Source of the DNA: Patescibacteria group bacterium UBA5147
GTDB lineage: Bacteria; Patescibacteriota; Saccharimonadia; UBA4664
Assembly (NCBI GenBank): GCA_002415345.1
Contig: DHXV01000003.1
Coordinates: 24,213 to 88,212 of the forward strand
DNA: 64,000 bases
Reading direction: 5' to 3'
Shown here: positions 47,080 to 57,882 of the stretch, in pieces
Layout: every line of letters begins with the position of its first letter
How positions within the stretch are numbered: position 1 is the first letter of the stretch
Notes under the pieces: model-generated
Seen by the model: only the letters and a program-made list of their open reading frames with translations
Database searches by the model: none
What the model was told of the DNA's origin: nothing
Translations under genes and position numbers: made by a program

Positions 47080-47892
47080 TTAAATATTTCGGCGTAAGCC
47101 CAATATAAAGTAGTCTTGTTCAATCACCTCAAGCCCAACTTTTGCTGCCTCGGTTATCAGATTCGGTTGTTGCCACGGGTCGCATTCGGTGAACAGGAAG
47201 CCGCCATCGATTAACCGCTCTGGAATAGCTGTCAGAAAACGGCGATAAATATCCAGTCCGTCCTGGCCGCCAAACAACGCTACGTCTGGTTCACGTTTTA
47301 CTTCTTCCATGAGCTCAGACCTAGCCTCATCCTTGAGATAGGGGAGGTTGGTGCAAATGGTATCGAATTGACCTTCTATGCTCTGCCATAAGTCGCTTAA
47401 AACAAACGTCATGTCAGCTTGATGAGCGGAGGCATTTCGCCGAGCTACCTCCAACGCGGTTTCAGACACCTCGGTTGCAGTAACGTCGAGATCGGGCCGA
47501 GTATTTTTAATAGCTACGGCAATGGCACCTGATCCGGTTCCAATGTCGATAAGTCGGGAGTTTTGCGGCGCGTATTTGACCGCCCATTCAACCATTTGCT
47601 CGGTTTCGACGCGGGGCGTTAGCACCTCTGGGGTAATCTCAAAATCAAGGCCATAAAATTCACGCTTGCCAATTATATGGACCAGCGGCTCGCGGTCTAA
47701 GCGGCGGTTGAGGAACGTTTGCGCCTGGCGTGCCCCCGCTTCCGGGAATACGTCATCGGTGTGGGCCAGAACCCAGGCACGGTTGTGATTGGTGACATGC
47801 GCCACAATCAGCTCAGCATCAAGCCGGCCGGACGGTACGCCGACCCGCTCGAGGGCACTATATGAAGCGGTTAACCATTGGCCGATGGTCAC
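47080..47892 (-). CDS. prmC: release-factor glutamine N5-methyltransferase
   Basis: [14 protein letters not shown] motif and NLPY (NPPY-type) motif. 4-nt overlap with prfA. Confidence 0.85.
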   Translation of the reverse strand: MTIGQWLTASYSALERVGVPSGRLDAELIVAHVTNHNRAWVLAHTDDVFPEAGARQAQTFLNRRLDREPLVHIIGKREFYGLDFEITPEVLTPRVETEQMVEWAVKYAPQNSRLIDIGTGSGAIAVAIKNTRPDLDVTATEVSETALEVARRNASAHQADMTFVLSDLWQSIEGQFDTICTNLPYLKDEARSELMEEVKREPDVALFGGQDGLDIYRRFLTAIPERLIDGGFLFTECDPWQQPNLITEAAKVGLEVIEQDYFILGLRRNI

Positions 47893-48962
47893 GCGGCCGC
47901 TTGCTCCAGCTTGAGCCGCAGGTCTTCGGCGCGCAGGGCTTCGATAATGCCGCCGATGTCGCCGGTCATGAAGGAGGGCAGCCCGTGGCGCGTGAATCCG
48001 ATGCGGTGGTCGGTGACGCGGTCCTGCGGGAAGTTATAAGTGCGGATCTTCTCCGAGCGGTCGCCGGAACCGATTTGACTCAGGCGCGCGTCGCGGCCGG
48101 CCTGCTCTTCTTCGTCGCGCTTGGCGGCCAGCAGTCGTGAGCGCAAGACGCCCATGGCCTTGATCTTGTTCTTAAGCTGGCTCTTTTCATCCTGGCAGGT
48201 CACGACCAGTCCCGAAGGCAGGTGGGTGATGCGCACCGCCGAGTCGGTGGTGTTAACCGACTGGCCGCCGTGGCCGCCGGAGCGGTAGACGTCGATGCGC
48301 AGGTCCTGGTCGCGGATTTCCAGATCGTGTTCCTCGGCCTCAGGCAGCACGGCTACGGTGACGGTTGAGGTGTGGATGCGGCCGCCGCTTTCGGTTTCCG
48401 GCACGCGCTGCACGCGGTGGACGCCGGATTCGTATTTGAGGGAGCCAAAAACGTCGGCTCCTTTAACCTCAAAGATAATTTCCTTGTAGCCGCCGACGTC
48501 CGACGGGCTTTCGCTGATCAGTTCAATTTTCCAATGGCTGACTTCGCAGAAGCGCGCGTACATGCGGTACAGTTCGCCGGCAAACAGGCTGGCTTCGTCG
48601 CCGCCGGCGCCGGCCCGAATTTCAACGATGGCGTTCTTGGTGTCGGCCGGGTCCTTGGGCACTAGTGCCAGCCGCAGCTCATCGTTGACGGCCGCGAGCC
48701 TGGCCTCGATGGCCGGCAATTCCTCGCGGGCCAGCTCTTTCATTTCGGTGTCGCTGCCTTCGAAAGCGGCGGCGTACTCGCGCTGGTCCGCTTCCAGGGC
48801 GGCGCGCTTGTCGTAGAGCTCAACCAGAGGCGTGAGTTCGCTCTGTCGTTTGGCTAGAGTTACCATTGTTTTAGTACCAAAAAGACTCGCATCGAGCATT
48901 TGCTCGGCGATGGCTTGGGACTCTTCTCTGATTTTGACTTCGCTTGGGTCCATGTCTATCAT
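47889..48962 (-). CDS. prfA: peptide chain release factor 1
   Basis: PxT-region and [25 protein letters not shown] (GGQ motif). Confidence 0.9.
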   Translation of the reverse strand: MIDMDPSEVKIREESQAIAEQMLDASLFGTKTMVTLAKRQSELTPLVELYDKRAALEADQREYAAAFEGSDTEMKELAREELPAIEARLAAVNDELRLALVPKDPADTKNAIVEIRAGAGGDEASLFAGELYRMYARFCEVSHWKIELISESPSDVGGYKEIIFEVKGADVFGSLKYESGVHRVQRVPETESGGRIHTSTVTVAVLPEAEEHDLEIRDQDLRIDVYRSGGHGGQSVNTTDSAVRITHLPSGLVVTCQDEKSQLKNKIKAMGVLRSRLLAAKRDEEEQAGRDARLSQIGSGDRSEKIRTYNFPQDRVTDHRIGFTRHGLPSFMTGDIGGIIEALRAEDLRLKLEQAAA

Positions 48963-49035
48963 CCTACTGTTGATTGCGGGCGATTACAAAAGGAGCGGCC
49001 TGAAAACAGGGCACGCTCCTTATAAATGACTTAAG

Positions 49036-49353
49036 CTAAGCTTTGGTCTGGGCGGCGTCGACGGTCTCGCTCTGGAGTTCGTCTTGGATCTCGGCGAGCT
49101 TGGCGTCTTTCTTATTCTGCAGGGCGGCTTTGACTTCGGCGGCTTTGGTACCGGCGGCTTTGCGCGCCTTGAAGCGGTCGACCCGACCGGCGGTATCGAG
49201 AAGTTTCTGCTTACCCGTGTAGAACGGGTGGCAGTTTGAACAAATTTCGACGTCAATCGTCTTCACAGTGGTGTGAAGAGTAAACTTGGTGTCGCAACCA
49301 TTACAGTGAACGGCGGTCTCAAATACTTCGGGGTGAATTGCTTGCTTCATAAC
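49036..49353 (-). CDS. rpmE: 50S ribosomal protein L31 with Lys/Ala-rich C-terminal extension
   Basis: MKQAIHPEVFETAVHCNGCDTKF...CSNCHPFYTGKQ (Zn-ribbon Cys4). The tracked ORF extends 37 codons upstream; MKQAIHP matches the canonical L31 start. Confidence 0.8.
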   Translation of the reverse strand, partial: VMKQAIHPEVFETAVHCNGCDTKFTLHTTVKTIDVEICSNCHPFYTGKQKLLDTAGRVDRFKARKAAGTKAAEVKAALQNKKDAKLAEIQDELQSETVDAAQTKA

Positions 49354-49538
49354 TGCACAATCATAGCCGATAACTTCTGGAGGGTCAACCCTGATAGCTA
49401 AGGTCGCTGCAGTACGGCGCTTTAGATGCTTGGCAGGCGGCAATGTTTCTGTTAAAGTGGTCAAGTTATCAATGAATGAATCAATACGACCGTAATCCTC
49501 CCGCTCGGGTGGTCGTATGAAGTGAAAGGAACTATTAC

Positions 49539-50264
49539 ATGGCAGACGTAAGCCTGAAAGAATTATTGGAGTCCGGTGCGCATTTTGGCCACCAGACCCG
49601 TCGTTGGAATCCCAAGATGAAACCGTTTATCTTTGGAGCTCGTGGCGGCGTACATATCATCGACCTTACCCAGACGGCCCCCCGACTCAAAGAGGCCGCC
49701 GATTTCGCCCGCAGCGTTACAGCCCGTGGCGGGAAGGTCCTGTTTGTCGGCACTAAGCGCCAAGCCGCCGATATCGTTAAGGATGAGGCGCTGGCCGCCG
49801 GAATGCCTTACGTCAGCGTTCGCTGGCTCGGCGGCATGCTCACCAACTTCCGCACCATCAAGCAGCAGATCAGCCGCCTCAAGAAGCTGGACGCCGGCCT
49901 GGAAGGCGGAGATTTCCTTACCAAGTACAACAAAAAGGAAATCCTGGACTTCACTAATGAAGCCGCAGCCCTGGAGCGCATCTTCGGCGGTATCAAGCAG
50001 ATGGATCAGTTGCCAGCCGCCGTCTTTGTAATTGATACCCCCAAGGAGGAGCTGGCTATTGCCGAGGCCCGCAAGCTTGGCATTCCGGTCATAGCTTTTG
50101 CCGACACCAATTCTAACCCTGACTACATCGATTATCCGATCCCAGCCAACGACGACGCTATCAAGGCCGTTAAGATAATTACTCATCACATAGCCGAAGC
50201 CGCCGCCGACGGTGCCAAGGCTTACGCCTCCAAAAAGGCCGACGAAGAAGCGCCAGCCGCTTAA
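49539..50264 (+). CDS. rpsB: 30S ribosomal protein S2
   Basis: LLESGAHFGHQTRRWNPKM, VLFVGTKRQA. Confidence 0.9.
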   Translation: MADVSLKELLESGAHFGHQTRRWNPKMKPFIFGARGGVHIIDLTQTAPRLKEAADFARSVTARGGKVLFVGTKRQAADIVKDEALAAGMPYVSVRWLGGMLTNFRTIKQQISRLKKLDAGLEGGDFLTKYNKKEILDFTNEAAALERIFGGIKQMDQLPAAVFVIDTPKEELAIAEARKLGIPVIAFADTNSNPDYIDYPIPANDDAIKAVKIITHHIAEAAADGAKAYASKKADEEAPAA

Positions 50265-50286
50265 ATATCGAAAAGGACTAACATTC

Positions 50287-50874
50287 ATGGCTCACACAAT
50301 CCAAGATATCAAAAAACTCCGTGATATGACCGGCGCCGGCATGATGAAGGCTAAAGAGGCCCTCGAAAATTCCGACGGCGACATGGACAAGGCCGTTATC
50401 TACCTGCGGGAAAAAGGTGACGCCTCGGCCGCCAAGAAGAGCGACCGCGAGGCCCGCGCCGGTCTCATCGAGGCCTACGTCCACGGTGGCCGCATCGCGA
50501 CTATGGTTGAAATCAACTGCGAGACCGACTTCGTCGCCATGACTGACGACTTCAAGACCTTTGCCCGCGACATCGCCATGCACGTGGCCGCCGCCAACCC
50601 GGAGTACCTCAATCCGGAGAGTGTGCCGGCCGAGATCGTCGAGCGCGAACGTTCCATATACGCCAAAGAAGTCGAAGACAAGCCGGCCGAGATTCTCGAC
50701 AAGATCGTCGACGGCAAGCTCGCCAAGTTCTACGAAAGCGTCTGCCTGACCAACCAGCGATTCATTAAGGATCCTGACATTACCATCGACAAACTCACCA
50801 AGGAACTCATTGTTAAGTTGGGCGAGAACATCGTTATTCGTCGCTACGTGCGGTTTGAACTGGGCCAGCTCTAG
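50287..50874 (+). CDS. tsf: elongation factor Ts (short form)
   Basis: MAHTIQDIKKLRDMTGAGMMKAKEAL UBA-like N-terminus. ATG 50287, not the tracked upstream ATG 50212. Confidence 0.85.
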   Translation: MAHTIQDIKKLRDMTGAGMMKAKEALENSDGDMDKAVIYLREKGDASAAKKSDREARAGLIEAYVHGGRIATMVEINCETDFVAMTDDFKTFARDIAMHVAAANPEYLNPESVPAEIVERERSIYAKEVEDKPAEILDKIVDGKLAKFYESVCLTNQRFIKDPDITIDKLTKELIVKLGENIVIRRYVRFELGQL

Positions 50875-50968
50875 GGGAATCGTCAAAACAACCAACTACA
50901 CATCATTATTTGCGGTGTAGACTGGATATAAACCTTTATCAACGCCAAAAACGGGAGAACAAGAGCAT

Positions 50969-51529
50969 ATGATTAGACCTATTGTCGAAAGCGCCCAGCC
51001 AAAAATGGACAAAGCCATCGACCACCTGGTGGAAGAATTGAAATCAATTCGGACCGGACGCGCCTCCGGAGCCCTCGTCGAAAATCTGGTGATTGATTAT
51101 TACGGCATGACCCAACCGCTCAAGGCTATTGCCTCCATTAACACCCCCGACGCCCGCACTATTGCCATTACGCCCTGGGATAAGGGTGCAATGACCTCAA
51201 TTGAGAAAGCCATCAAGGAGTCGCCCACGCTGGGCTTAAACCCGATGAACGACGGCATCGTAATCCGCTTGTCCATTCCGACACTTACCGAAGAGCGTCG
51301 TCGCGAAATCGCCAAGAGCCTGGGGACTAAGATTGAAGATTGCCGCATCACCCTCCGCAACGTCCGCCACGACGTCCTCAAAGAGGTTCAGAAACTCGAG
51401 AAAGACAAACTCGCGACTCAGGACGACGTGAAGTTCGCCGAGGCCGAGCTCAACAAGAAGATTGATGCCTGCCAGAGGCGCATCGATGAGATTGAGACCG
51501 CCAAGACGAAAGAAATCCTGGAAGTTTAA
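50969..51529 (+). CDS. frr: ribosome recycling factor
   Basis: 186 aa, LKSIRTGRASGALVENL...RRF fold motifs. Confidence 0.9.
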   Translation: MIRPIVESAQPKMDKAIDHLVEELKSIRTGRASGALVENLVIDYYGMTQPLKAIASINTPDARTIAITPWDKGAMTSIEKAIKESPTLGLNPMNDGIVIRLSIPTLTEERRREIAKSLGTKIEDCRITLRNVRHDVLKEVQKLEKDKLATQDDVKFAEAELNKKIDACQRRIDEIETAKTKEILEV

Positions 51530-51553
51530 GCCACGGACACCTCAGCCAATAAT

Positions 51554-52234
51554 TTGATTGTTCCCGGGCATCTGGGTATTATTCCCGACGGTAATCGGCG
51601 CTGGGCGAAGTTGCATGGCAAAATGACCATCAGCGGACACCGGCAGGGTTTGGACGTCGCCAAGGATATCGCAATGAAGGCCTTTGATCGCGGCGTCAAA
51701 TTTTTCACTATTTACTCCTTTTCCACCGAGAATTGGAGCCGGGCCGAAGAAGAAGTCGGTTACTTGATGGAGCTGTTCTACGGTCTGGCCACCGACGAGT
51801 TGAGCGAACTCGGGAAGAAGAACATTCGTTTTCGGGTCATTGGCTCACGCGAGCGCCTGTCGCCGCGCCTGGTTGAGGCCCTTGAGACTGCCGAGAAACA
51901 GACCCAGCACAATACCGCTGGCACTCTGGCTGTCTGCCTCAATTATGGCGGGGAGCAGGAAATTGCCGATGCCGTGACCAGCTTGATTGCCAACGGCCAT
52001 ACCGGCAAGGTCACGCCCGCCGATATCAATGCTCATCTCTACGCCCCCGAAATCCCGCCGGTCGATTTGATTATAAGAACCTCAGGCGAACACCGCATCA
52101 GTGGCTTCATGCTGTGGCGGGCGTCTTATGCTGAGTTATATTTTGTCGCCAAGCACTGGCCGGAATTTACCGAAGCCGATCTTGACGCCGCCCTTAATGA
52201 TTATTCCAAGCGCCAACGCCGTTTCGGGGTTTAA
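51554..52234 (+). CDS. uppS: undecaprenyl diphosphate synthase
   Basis: IIPDGNRRWAK, FSTENWSR. TTG start. Confidence 0.85.
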   Translation: MIVPGHLGIIPDGNRRWAKLHGKMTISGHRQGLDVAKDIAMKAFDRGVKFFTIYSFSTENWSRAEEEVGYLMELFYGLATDELSELGKKNIRFRVIGSRERLSPRLVEALETAEKQTQHNTAGTLAVCLNYGGEQEIADAVTSLIANGHTGKVTPADINAHLYAPEIPPVDLIIRTSGEHRISGFMLWRASYAELYFVAKHWPEFTEADLDAALNDYSKRQRRFGV

Positions 52235-52278
52235 GCCAGACGACGTTCGAATAGCCGTGGGCCGTGATATCGGCTAGA

Positions 52279-53391
52279 ATGGAATCTATGCTAACTATCA
52301 TCGTCATCCTATTCCTGTTCTCCTCGCTTGTGTTACTTCACGAGTACGGCCACTTCGTGGTAGCACGGCGCAACGGCGTTGACGTGGAGGAGTTCGGTTT
52401 TGGGTTTCCCCCCAAGCTCTACGGCCGCAAGTACAAGGGCGTGCTGTATTCATTTAATCTCTTACCGCTTGGGGGTTTTGTCCGCCTCAAGGGCGAAGAC
52501 GCCAACGACATGAGCAAAGGCTCGTTTGCAGCCTCATCGTTATCAGTGAAAGCCAAAATCTTATTGGCTGGCGTCGGGATGAACCTGCTCACGGCTTTTG
52601 TCATTTTTTACGCCTTGTGCGTTACCGGCATTCCCGGTCTGGGCAAACAGTTCGAGCCGTCGTTCCTCAAGCCTACCTACGCTCAGAATAAGCAGTTGAT
52701 CCTTTCGGAAGTCGAAAAGAACAGTCCCGCTGAAGGCGCGGGGCTCAAGCGCGGCGATTACGTCTTGGCATTTAACGGCGCCACTATTGCCACCGACGTC
52801 CAGCTTCATGACCTGACCAAGGCCAATGCAGGGAAGGAGGTCGCTCTTACCGTGCGTCATGGCGATAACATTAAGGACATCAAGCTCACGTTGCGTCCTG
52901 CCAGTGCCAAGAGCGGGTTCCTGGGTGTCGTCTCGCAACAGGTTTACAAACTGCGTTATGACCCGCTTCAGGCTGTAGTAGCGGCGGCCTATGTGACGTT
53001 GGCTCTGCTGCTGGCAACCATAGTTGGCGTCTTGCAGCTCTTTATAGCGCTGCCAGCTCTCATTATTGGACTATTTTCACCCAGTGTACCGGCCGCCGCC
53101 GCCGCGGCTTCGGGACCGGTGGGTATAGTCTTTATTCTTAAAAGCATCTCCTCGCTGGGTTGGGCCTATGTACTGTTGTTCATGGCCAACATTTCGGTGG
53201 CGCTGGCTGCCTTTAACGCCCTGCCTCTGCCGGCCCTGGACGGAGGACGCCTCTTTGTCTCGGTCATGCAGCGGGTAACCAAACGCAATTGGAAGCCCGA
53301 AACTGAGGCCAAGTACCATGCCATAGGCTTCATTGCGCTCATAGGGCTGATGATACTGATCTCCGTTTACGACGTGAGGAAATACTTCTAG
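52279..53391 (+). CDS. rseP: site-2 protease RseP (zinc metalloprotease with PDZ)
   Basis: HEYGHF (HExxH) in first TM, PDZ domain, LDGG motif. Start taken at MESM/MLT rather than the tracked GTG 52264. Confidence 0.8.
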   Translation: MESMLTIIVILFLFSSLVLLHEYGHFVVARRNGVDVEEFGFGFPPKLYGRKYKGVLYSFNLLPLGGFVRLKGEDANDMSKGSFAASSLSVKAKILLAGVGMNLLTAFVIFYALCVTGIPGLGKQFEPSFLKPTYAQNKQLILSEVEKNSPAEGAGLKRGDYVLAFNGATIATDVQLHDLTKANAGKEVALTVRHGDNIKDIKLTLRPASAKSGFLGVVSQQVYKLRYDPLQAVVAAAYVTLALLLATIVGVLQLFIALPALIIGLFSPSVPAAAAAASGPVGIVFILKSISSLGWAYVLLFMANISVALAAFNALPLPALDGGRLFVSVMQRVTKRNWKPETEAKYHAIGFIALIGLMILISVYDVRKYF

Positions 53392-53392
53392 C

Positions 53393-54121
53393 GTGCGACC
53401 TCTACCGTCTCACTTGAGGGTGCCGTGGGGAATCGGTTCGGCGCTGGTGGTATATCTGTCAGCCTGGGTGGGTTCAACCCTAATTTTGGTGGCGTTGCTG
53501 CGGGTCGCGGCGGTGTATTTGGCGGAAGCTCAGAAGTACCTGCAGGCCCTATCGACCGGGGAAATTTACGCCAGTTTCAGCCTGACGATTATCAACGCAC
53601 TTATAGCCCTGGGACTGGAAGCCTGGTATTTGAAGCGCTATCACCTCACCTGGAAAGCGGTCGGCTGGCGAAGATTCAACCTGTGGGAAGCTGCGCTATA
53701 TCTGCTGGGGATTTTTGTAACCTTTGCCGTGGCGGTCAATGCCTTGCTGTGGATACTGCCGTTTCTTATTCCCGGATTTAACAGCCAGCAGCCCCAAGTC
53801 AATGAATTTACCTCTTCAACGATCAGCAACCCAACGCTTGCCCTCATAGCGCTCGTCGTAATACCGCCAATTATCGAAGAAACCGTGTTCAGGGGCTTTA
53901 TCTTTCCCGCATTTGCCAAAAAGTGGGGGACGGTCTGGGGCGCCATCATATCCAGCCTATTGTTCGGCTTCGCTCATCTCCAGCTCAATATAAGCGTCTA
54001 TACCTTTGTTCTGGGGCTGCTGCTCTGTTTTTTGTACGTTCGCTTAAAGAGCATATTTCCGGGGATGTTCTTTCATATGCTTAATAATTATCTGGCGTTT
54101 CTTGCAATCACCGGTAAATGA
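53393..54121 (+). CDS. CPBP family intramembrane metalloprotease (CAAX protease/Abi)
   Basis: EETVFRGF and FGFAHL motifs, about six TM segments. Confidence 0.75.
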   Translation: MRPLPSHLRVPWGIGSALVVYLSAWVGSTLILVALLRVAAVYLAEAQKYLQALSTGEIYASFSLTIINALIALGLEAWYLKRYHLTWKAVGWRRFNLWEAALYLLGIFVTFAVAVNALLWILPFLIPGFNSQQPQVNEFTSSTISNPTLALIALVVIPPIIEETVFRGFIFPAFAKKWGTVWGAIISSLLFGFAHLQLNISVYTFVLGLLLCFLYVRLKSIFPGMFFHMLNNYLAFLAITGK

Positions 54122-54192
54122 CGGTGCCTCGAGATATGAAGCTGGTACGGGTTGGCTAGAGAAAATCCGCCCAGTACGGTAAAATACGACCC

Positions 54193-55446
54193 ATGAGACT
54201 TTCCAAGCTGTACACCAAGACCCGACGCGACGCCCCAAAAGACGAGACCGCCAAGAACGCCCAGCTACTGATTAAAGCCGGCTACATCCATAAGGACGCG
54301 GCTGGCGTTTACCTGTGGTTGCCGTTGGGCCGTATCGTCCTCAATAAAATCATTCAGATAATCCGGGACGAAATGGACGCCCTCGGCTATCAGGAAGTCA
54401 TGATGTCGAGCCTGCAGCGCAAAGAGTTGTGGGAAACCACCGACCGCTGGGACGACGACAAGGTGGATATTTGGTTCAAGACCAAGTACAAGAACGGCAA
54501 GGAAGCCGGGCTGGCGTGGAGCCACGAAGAGCAGATGGTGGACATGATGCGGCAATTCATTTCCAGCTACAAGGATCTTCCGGTGGGCGTGTACCAGTTC
54601 CAAAACAAGTTACGTAATGAGATACGCGCAAAAAGCGGTATTATGCGGACCCGTGAATTCATCATGAAGGATTTGTACTCGTTTTGCCGCGACCAAGAGC
54701 AGCACGATAGCTTTTATAACGACGTCAAGGAGGCCTATCTGCGGATTTTCGAGCGGGTCGGACTGGGTGATTCGACATACTTTACTTTTGCTTCCGGCGG
54801 TCCATTTGCGGAGTTCTCGCACGAATTCCAAACCGTGACCGAGGCCGGTGAGGATATTATTTACGTTGATAAGTCTAAGCGCATCGCCATCAACCAGGAA
54901 GTGCTACGGGATGACGTTCTTAACAATCTTGGTGTTAAGCGTGAGGATCTTGAGGAAGTTAAGGCTTCTGAGGTGGGGAACATCTTCAGCTTCGGAACCA
55001 GCAAGAGCGAACCGTTCGGTCTGAAATTTACCGACGAAGACGGCAAGGAGAAGTTTGTCACCATGGGGTCCTACGGGATCGGTCCCGCCCGCGTCATGGG
55101 CGTCATCGTGGAGCATTTTGCCGATGAACGGGGCCTGGTCTGGCCCAAGGGAATCGCGCCGGCCGATGTCCATATCGTGCGCATCGGTGATACCCCTGAG
55201 GTGGTGGCTGCGGCCGACAAGCTCTACGCCGATCTCCAAGCGGCCGGCAAGCAGGTCATTTACGACGACCGCAACGAGCGCGCCGGCCAAATGTTCGCGG
55301 ACGCCGACCTGATTGGCGTGCCGCACCGCGTGACCGTCTCGGCTAAAACCATCGAACAAGGGAGTGTGGAATACAAGGCTCGCACCGGATCCGACAGCAA
55401 ACTTGTCAAGACCGATGAGGCTGTCAAGACCTTGACAAAGGCCTAA
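54193..55446 (+). CDS. proS: prolyl-tRNA synthetase (compact form without insertion/editing domain)
   Basis: MRLSKLYTKTRRDAPKDETAKNAQLLIKAGYI N-terminus, class II motifs, C-terminal anticodon-binding domain. 417 aa. Confidence 0.8.
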   Translation: MRLSKLYTKTRRDAPKDETAKNAQLLIKAGYIHKDAAGVYLWLPLGRIVLNKIIQIIRDEMDALGYQEVMMSSLQRKELWETTDRWDDDKVDIWFKTKYKNGKEAGLAWSHEEQMVDMMRQFISSYKDLPVGVYQFQNKLRNEIRAKSGIMRTREFIMKDLYSFCRDQEQHDSFYNDVKEAYLRIFERVGLGDSTYFTFASGGPFAEFSHEFQTVTEAGEDIIYVDKSKRIAINQEVLRDDVLNNLGVKREDLEEVKASEVGNIFSFGTSKSEPFGLKFTDEDGKEKFVTMGSYGIGPARVMGVIVEHFADERGLVWPKGIAPADVHIVRIGDTPEVVAAADKLYADLQAAGKQVIYDDRNERAGQMFADADLIGVPHRVTVSAKTIEQGSVEYKARTGSDSKLVKTDEAVKTLTKA

Positions 55447-55450
55447 ACCC

Positions 55451-55942
55451 TTGACAAAAGCGAGCTCAACCAGTGAAGGCTCGTTGCTGACCGGCATTTC
55501 AACTATTATTTTTGATATCGGGTCCACCCTTAAACACATGCAGGCCTGGGATTGGTACGACGATGCCAGGCCATGTTTGAAGCGGCTCAGCGCGACTCAC
55601 CGCTTACTCGTGGGTGCCAACCAACCGAGCCTGATGTTGGGCTATCTGGAAGCCGGCGGGATGGCGCAGTATTTTCATCATATATATCTCAGCGAATCAA
55701 TCGGCTACGCCAAGCCGGACCCGCAGTTCTTCCTGCATATTTTAGGTCAGGAAGGGCTGAACCCGACAGAAGTAGCCATGGTTGGCGACGAACTGATCAA
55801 CGACATCGCCCCGGCCAACATGCTGGGGATGCGCAGTATTTGGATTAAGCGGGGATTGGGGCTGGAGCTGGCTCAAACTATGGATTTGGAAGCCAAAATA
55901 AAACCGGATCATGTGATTCGGACGCTGGACGAATTACGCTGA
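55451..55942 (+). CDS. HAD-superfamily hydrolase
   Basis: MVGDELINDIAPANMLGMRSIWIKRG C-terminal HAD motifs. N-terminal DxG motif diverged (IIFDIGST). Confidence 0.6.
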   Translation: MTKASSTSEGSLLTGISTIIFDIGSTLKHMQAWDWYDDARPCLKRLSATHRLLVGANQPSLMLGYLEAGGMAQYFHHIYLSESIGYAKPDPQFFLHILGQEGLNPTEVAMVGDELINDIAPANMLGMRSIWIKRGLGLELAQTMDLEAKIKPDHVIRTLDELR

Positions 55943-56016
55943 AGGAGCGTTTAAGGCGGGCCTTGCCCCAGATAGCGGCCGACTGTTAGACTAGGGGGAA
56001 TGAAAATGCTTGCCTT

Positions 56017-57069
56017 ATGATAAACCGATTACTCGGCCTGTTGAGCCATGATATCGGTATTGACCTTGGAACCGCCAATACGTTGGTGTACGTACGCGGG
56101 CAGGGAATTACCATCAACGAGCCAAGCGTCGTGGCCATCAACATCAAGACCAAGCAGGTGTTGGCCATCGGTGAAGAGGCCAAAAAAATGGTCGGAAAAA
56201 CTCCGGCCAACATTGTGGCGACGCGCCCTCTCGTCGACGGGGTGGTAAGTGATTTCGAAGTTACCGAGCAAATGCTCAAATACTTCATCAACAAGGTCCA
56301 CAAGGAGTCCTACAGCATTTTTCCGCGGCCCCGCGTTGTGGTGGGTATTCCATCCGGAGTGACTGAAGTTGAAAAACGCGCGGTGGAAGACGCCGCCACC
56401 AATGCCGGGGCCCGGCAGACGTTTCTGATTGAGGAACCGATGGCGGCGGCAATTGGCGTTCGGCTGCCCATTCAGGATGCGGCCGGCAGCATGATCGTGG
56501 ATATCGGCGGTGGCACCACGGAAGTGGCGGTTATTTCGCTCGGCGGAATCGTGGCGTCGCGCAGCCTGCGCATTGCGGGCGACGAGTTGTCGGACGATAT
56601 TATCAAATATGCCCGCGAACAGTTCAGTTTGCAGATTGGCGAGCGGACGGCCGAAAACATCAAGATTCAGATCGGTTCCGCCTATCCCTTGAGCGGGGTC
56701 AAGCCCGTGCCGATGCGCGGACGGGACCTGGTTACGGGCCTTCCTAAAGAAATAATGGTTGAACCGGAGCAAATCCGGGCCGCCCTGGCCAAAAGCGTCC
56801 GCGAGATCGTCGAAGCCGTGAAGATTACCATTGAGGAAACGCCGCCGGAGCTGGTAGCCGATATCATGGACCGCGGGATCGTGCTGGCCGGAGGCGGGGC
56901 GTTGCTTAAGGGCCTCGACAAGATGATTGAGCATGAGACCAGAATGCCGGTCCACGTGGCCGATGATCCGTTGACGGCAGTTGCTCGCGGAACCGGTTTG
57001 GTGCTGGAGGATCTGGACTCGCTGAAAGACATCCTGATTCCGACGCAATATGGCAAGATTCCGCGCTAA
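56017..57069 (+). CDS. mreB: rod shape-determining protein MreB
   Basis: DIGIDLGTANTLVYV, DIGGGTTEVAVIS actin-fold phosphate loops. Confidence 0.9.
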   Translation: MINRLLGLLSHDIGIDLGTANTLVYVRGQGITINEPSVVAINIKTKQVLAIGEEAKKMVGKTPANIVATRPLVDGVVSDFEVTEQMLKYFINKVHKESYSIFPRPRVVVGIPSGVTEVEKRAVEDAATNAGARQTFLIEEPMAAAIGVRLPIQDAAGSMIVDIGGGTTEVAVISLGGIVASRSLRIAGDELSDDIIKYAREQFSLQIGERTAENIKIQIGSAYPLSGVKPVPMRGRDLVTGLPKEIMVEPEQIRAALAKSVREIVEAVKITIEETPPELVADIMDRGIVLAGGGALLKGLDKMIEHETRMPVHVADDPLTAVARGTGLVLEDLDSLKDILIPTQYGKIPR

Positions 57070-57081
57070 GGATGGTCTGAT

Positions 57082-57882
57082 ATGAACCGACGCAATTTAA
57101 ATCGTCGAATATTCCTCATCGTTACGGCTGGGGCAGTTTTAGTAATTATCGGCTTGACCAGTGCTAAGGGGCCGCTGGACTGGCTTTATAACGTTACGCT
57201 TGCCCCCGTGTCCCGGTCGCTGGCCGGCATGGGCAGCGGCATCAGTGCCACCATGGCCGACGTTGGGCGGGTAAGCCGCCTGGCAAGTGATAATGCCGCG
57301 CTGGCACGGGAGAACGCTAAGTTGCGTCAGCGCCTGGCTGCCGATAGCGAAACGCGCCATGATAACGAACTGCTCCGTCAGCAACTGGGCCTTGACGTCG
57401 CCGGTGCCGCGCCGCAGGTGGCCGCCGAAGTGGTGGCGTTCCAACCTGATTCGTACCGCCAATTCATAACAATCGATAAAGGCTCGGCCGACGGACTCAA
57501 AGCTGGGCAGGCCGTTCTGAGCGAAGGAGTGCTGGCTGGGTTGATCGCTTCCGTCACAAGCCATAGTGCCAAAATTATTTTGGTCGTCGACCCCGAATTT
57601 AAGCTGGCTGCCAAGGTCCAAGGCAGTAATATGGCCGACGGAATCGTCCAGGGCCAATTGGGCGGCGGCCTGGTCATGCAAAAAATCGACCAGACAAAGC
57701 AGGTTAAACCCGGGGATACGGTGACCACCAGCGGTCTTGGCGGGCGTGTCCCGGCCGGCCTGCTTATCGGCCAGGTTCAGTCGGTTAACAACCATATCAA
57801 CGTAATTTTCCAGTCGGCTCAAATTTCCACGCCGCTGGAACCGAGTCGGTTACGCTTTGTGTTTGTGGTGACACCCGAGTGA
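57082..57882 (+). CDS. mreC: rod shape-determining protein MreC
   Basis: N-terminal TM, coiled coil (ENAKLRQRLA), beta-barrel domains. Confidence 0.8.
   Translation: MNRRNLNRRIFLIVTAGAVLVIIGLTSAKGPLDWLYNVTLAPVSRSLAGMGSGISATMADVGRVSRLASDNAALARENAKLRQRLAADSETRHDNELLRQQLGLDVAGAAPQVAAEVVAFQPDSYRQFITIDKGSADGLKAGQAVLSEGVLAGLIASVTSHSAKIILVVDPEFKLAAKVQGSNMADGIVQGQLGGGLVMQKIDQTKQVKPGDTVTTSGLGGRVPAGLLIGQVQSVNNHINVIFQSAQISTPLEPSRLRFVFVVTPE

Noticed and set aside
49354-49464. 37-codon N-terminal extension of rpmE in the tracked ORF
   Set aside because: L31 proteins start MK.(D/A)IHP. The internal MKQAIHPE matches this, and the extension has no homology.
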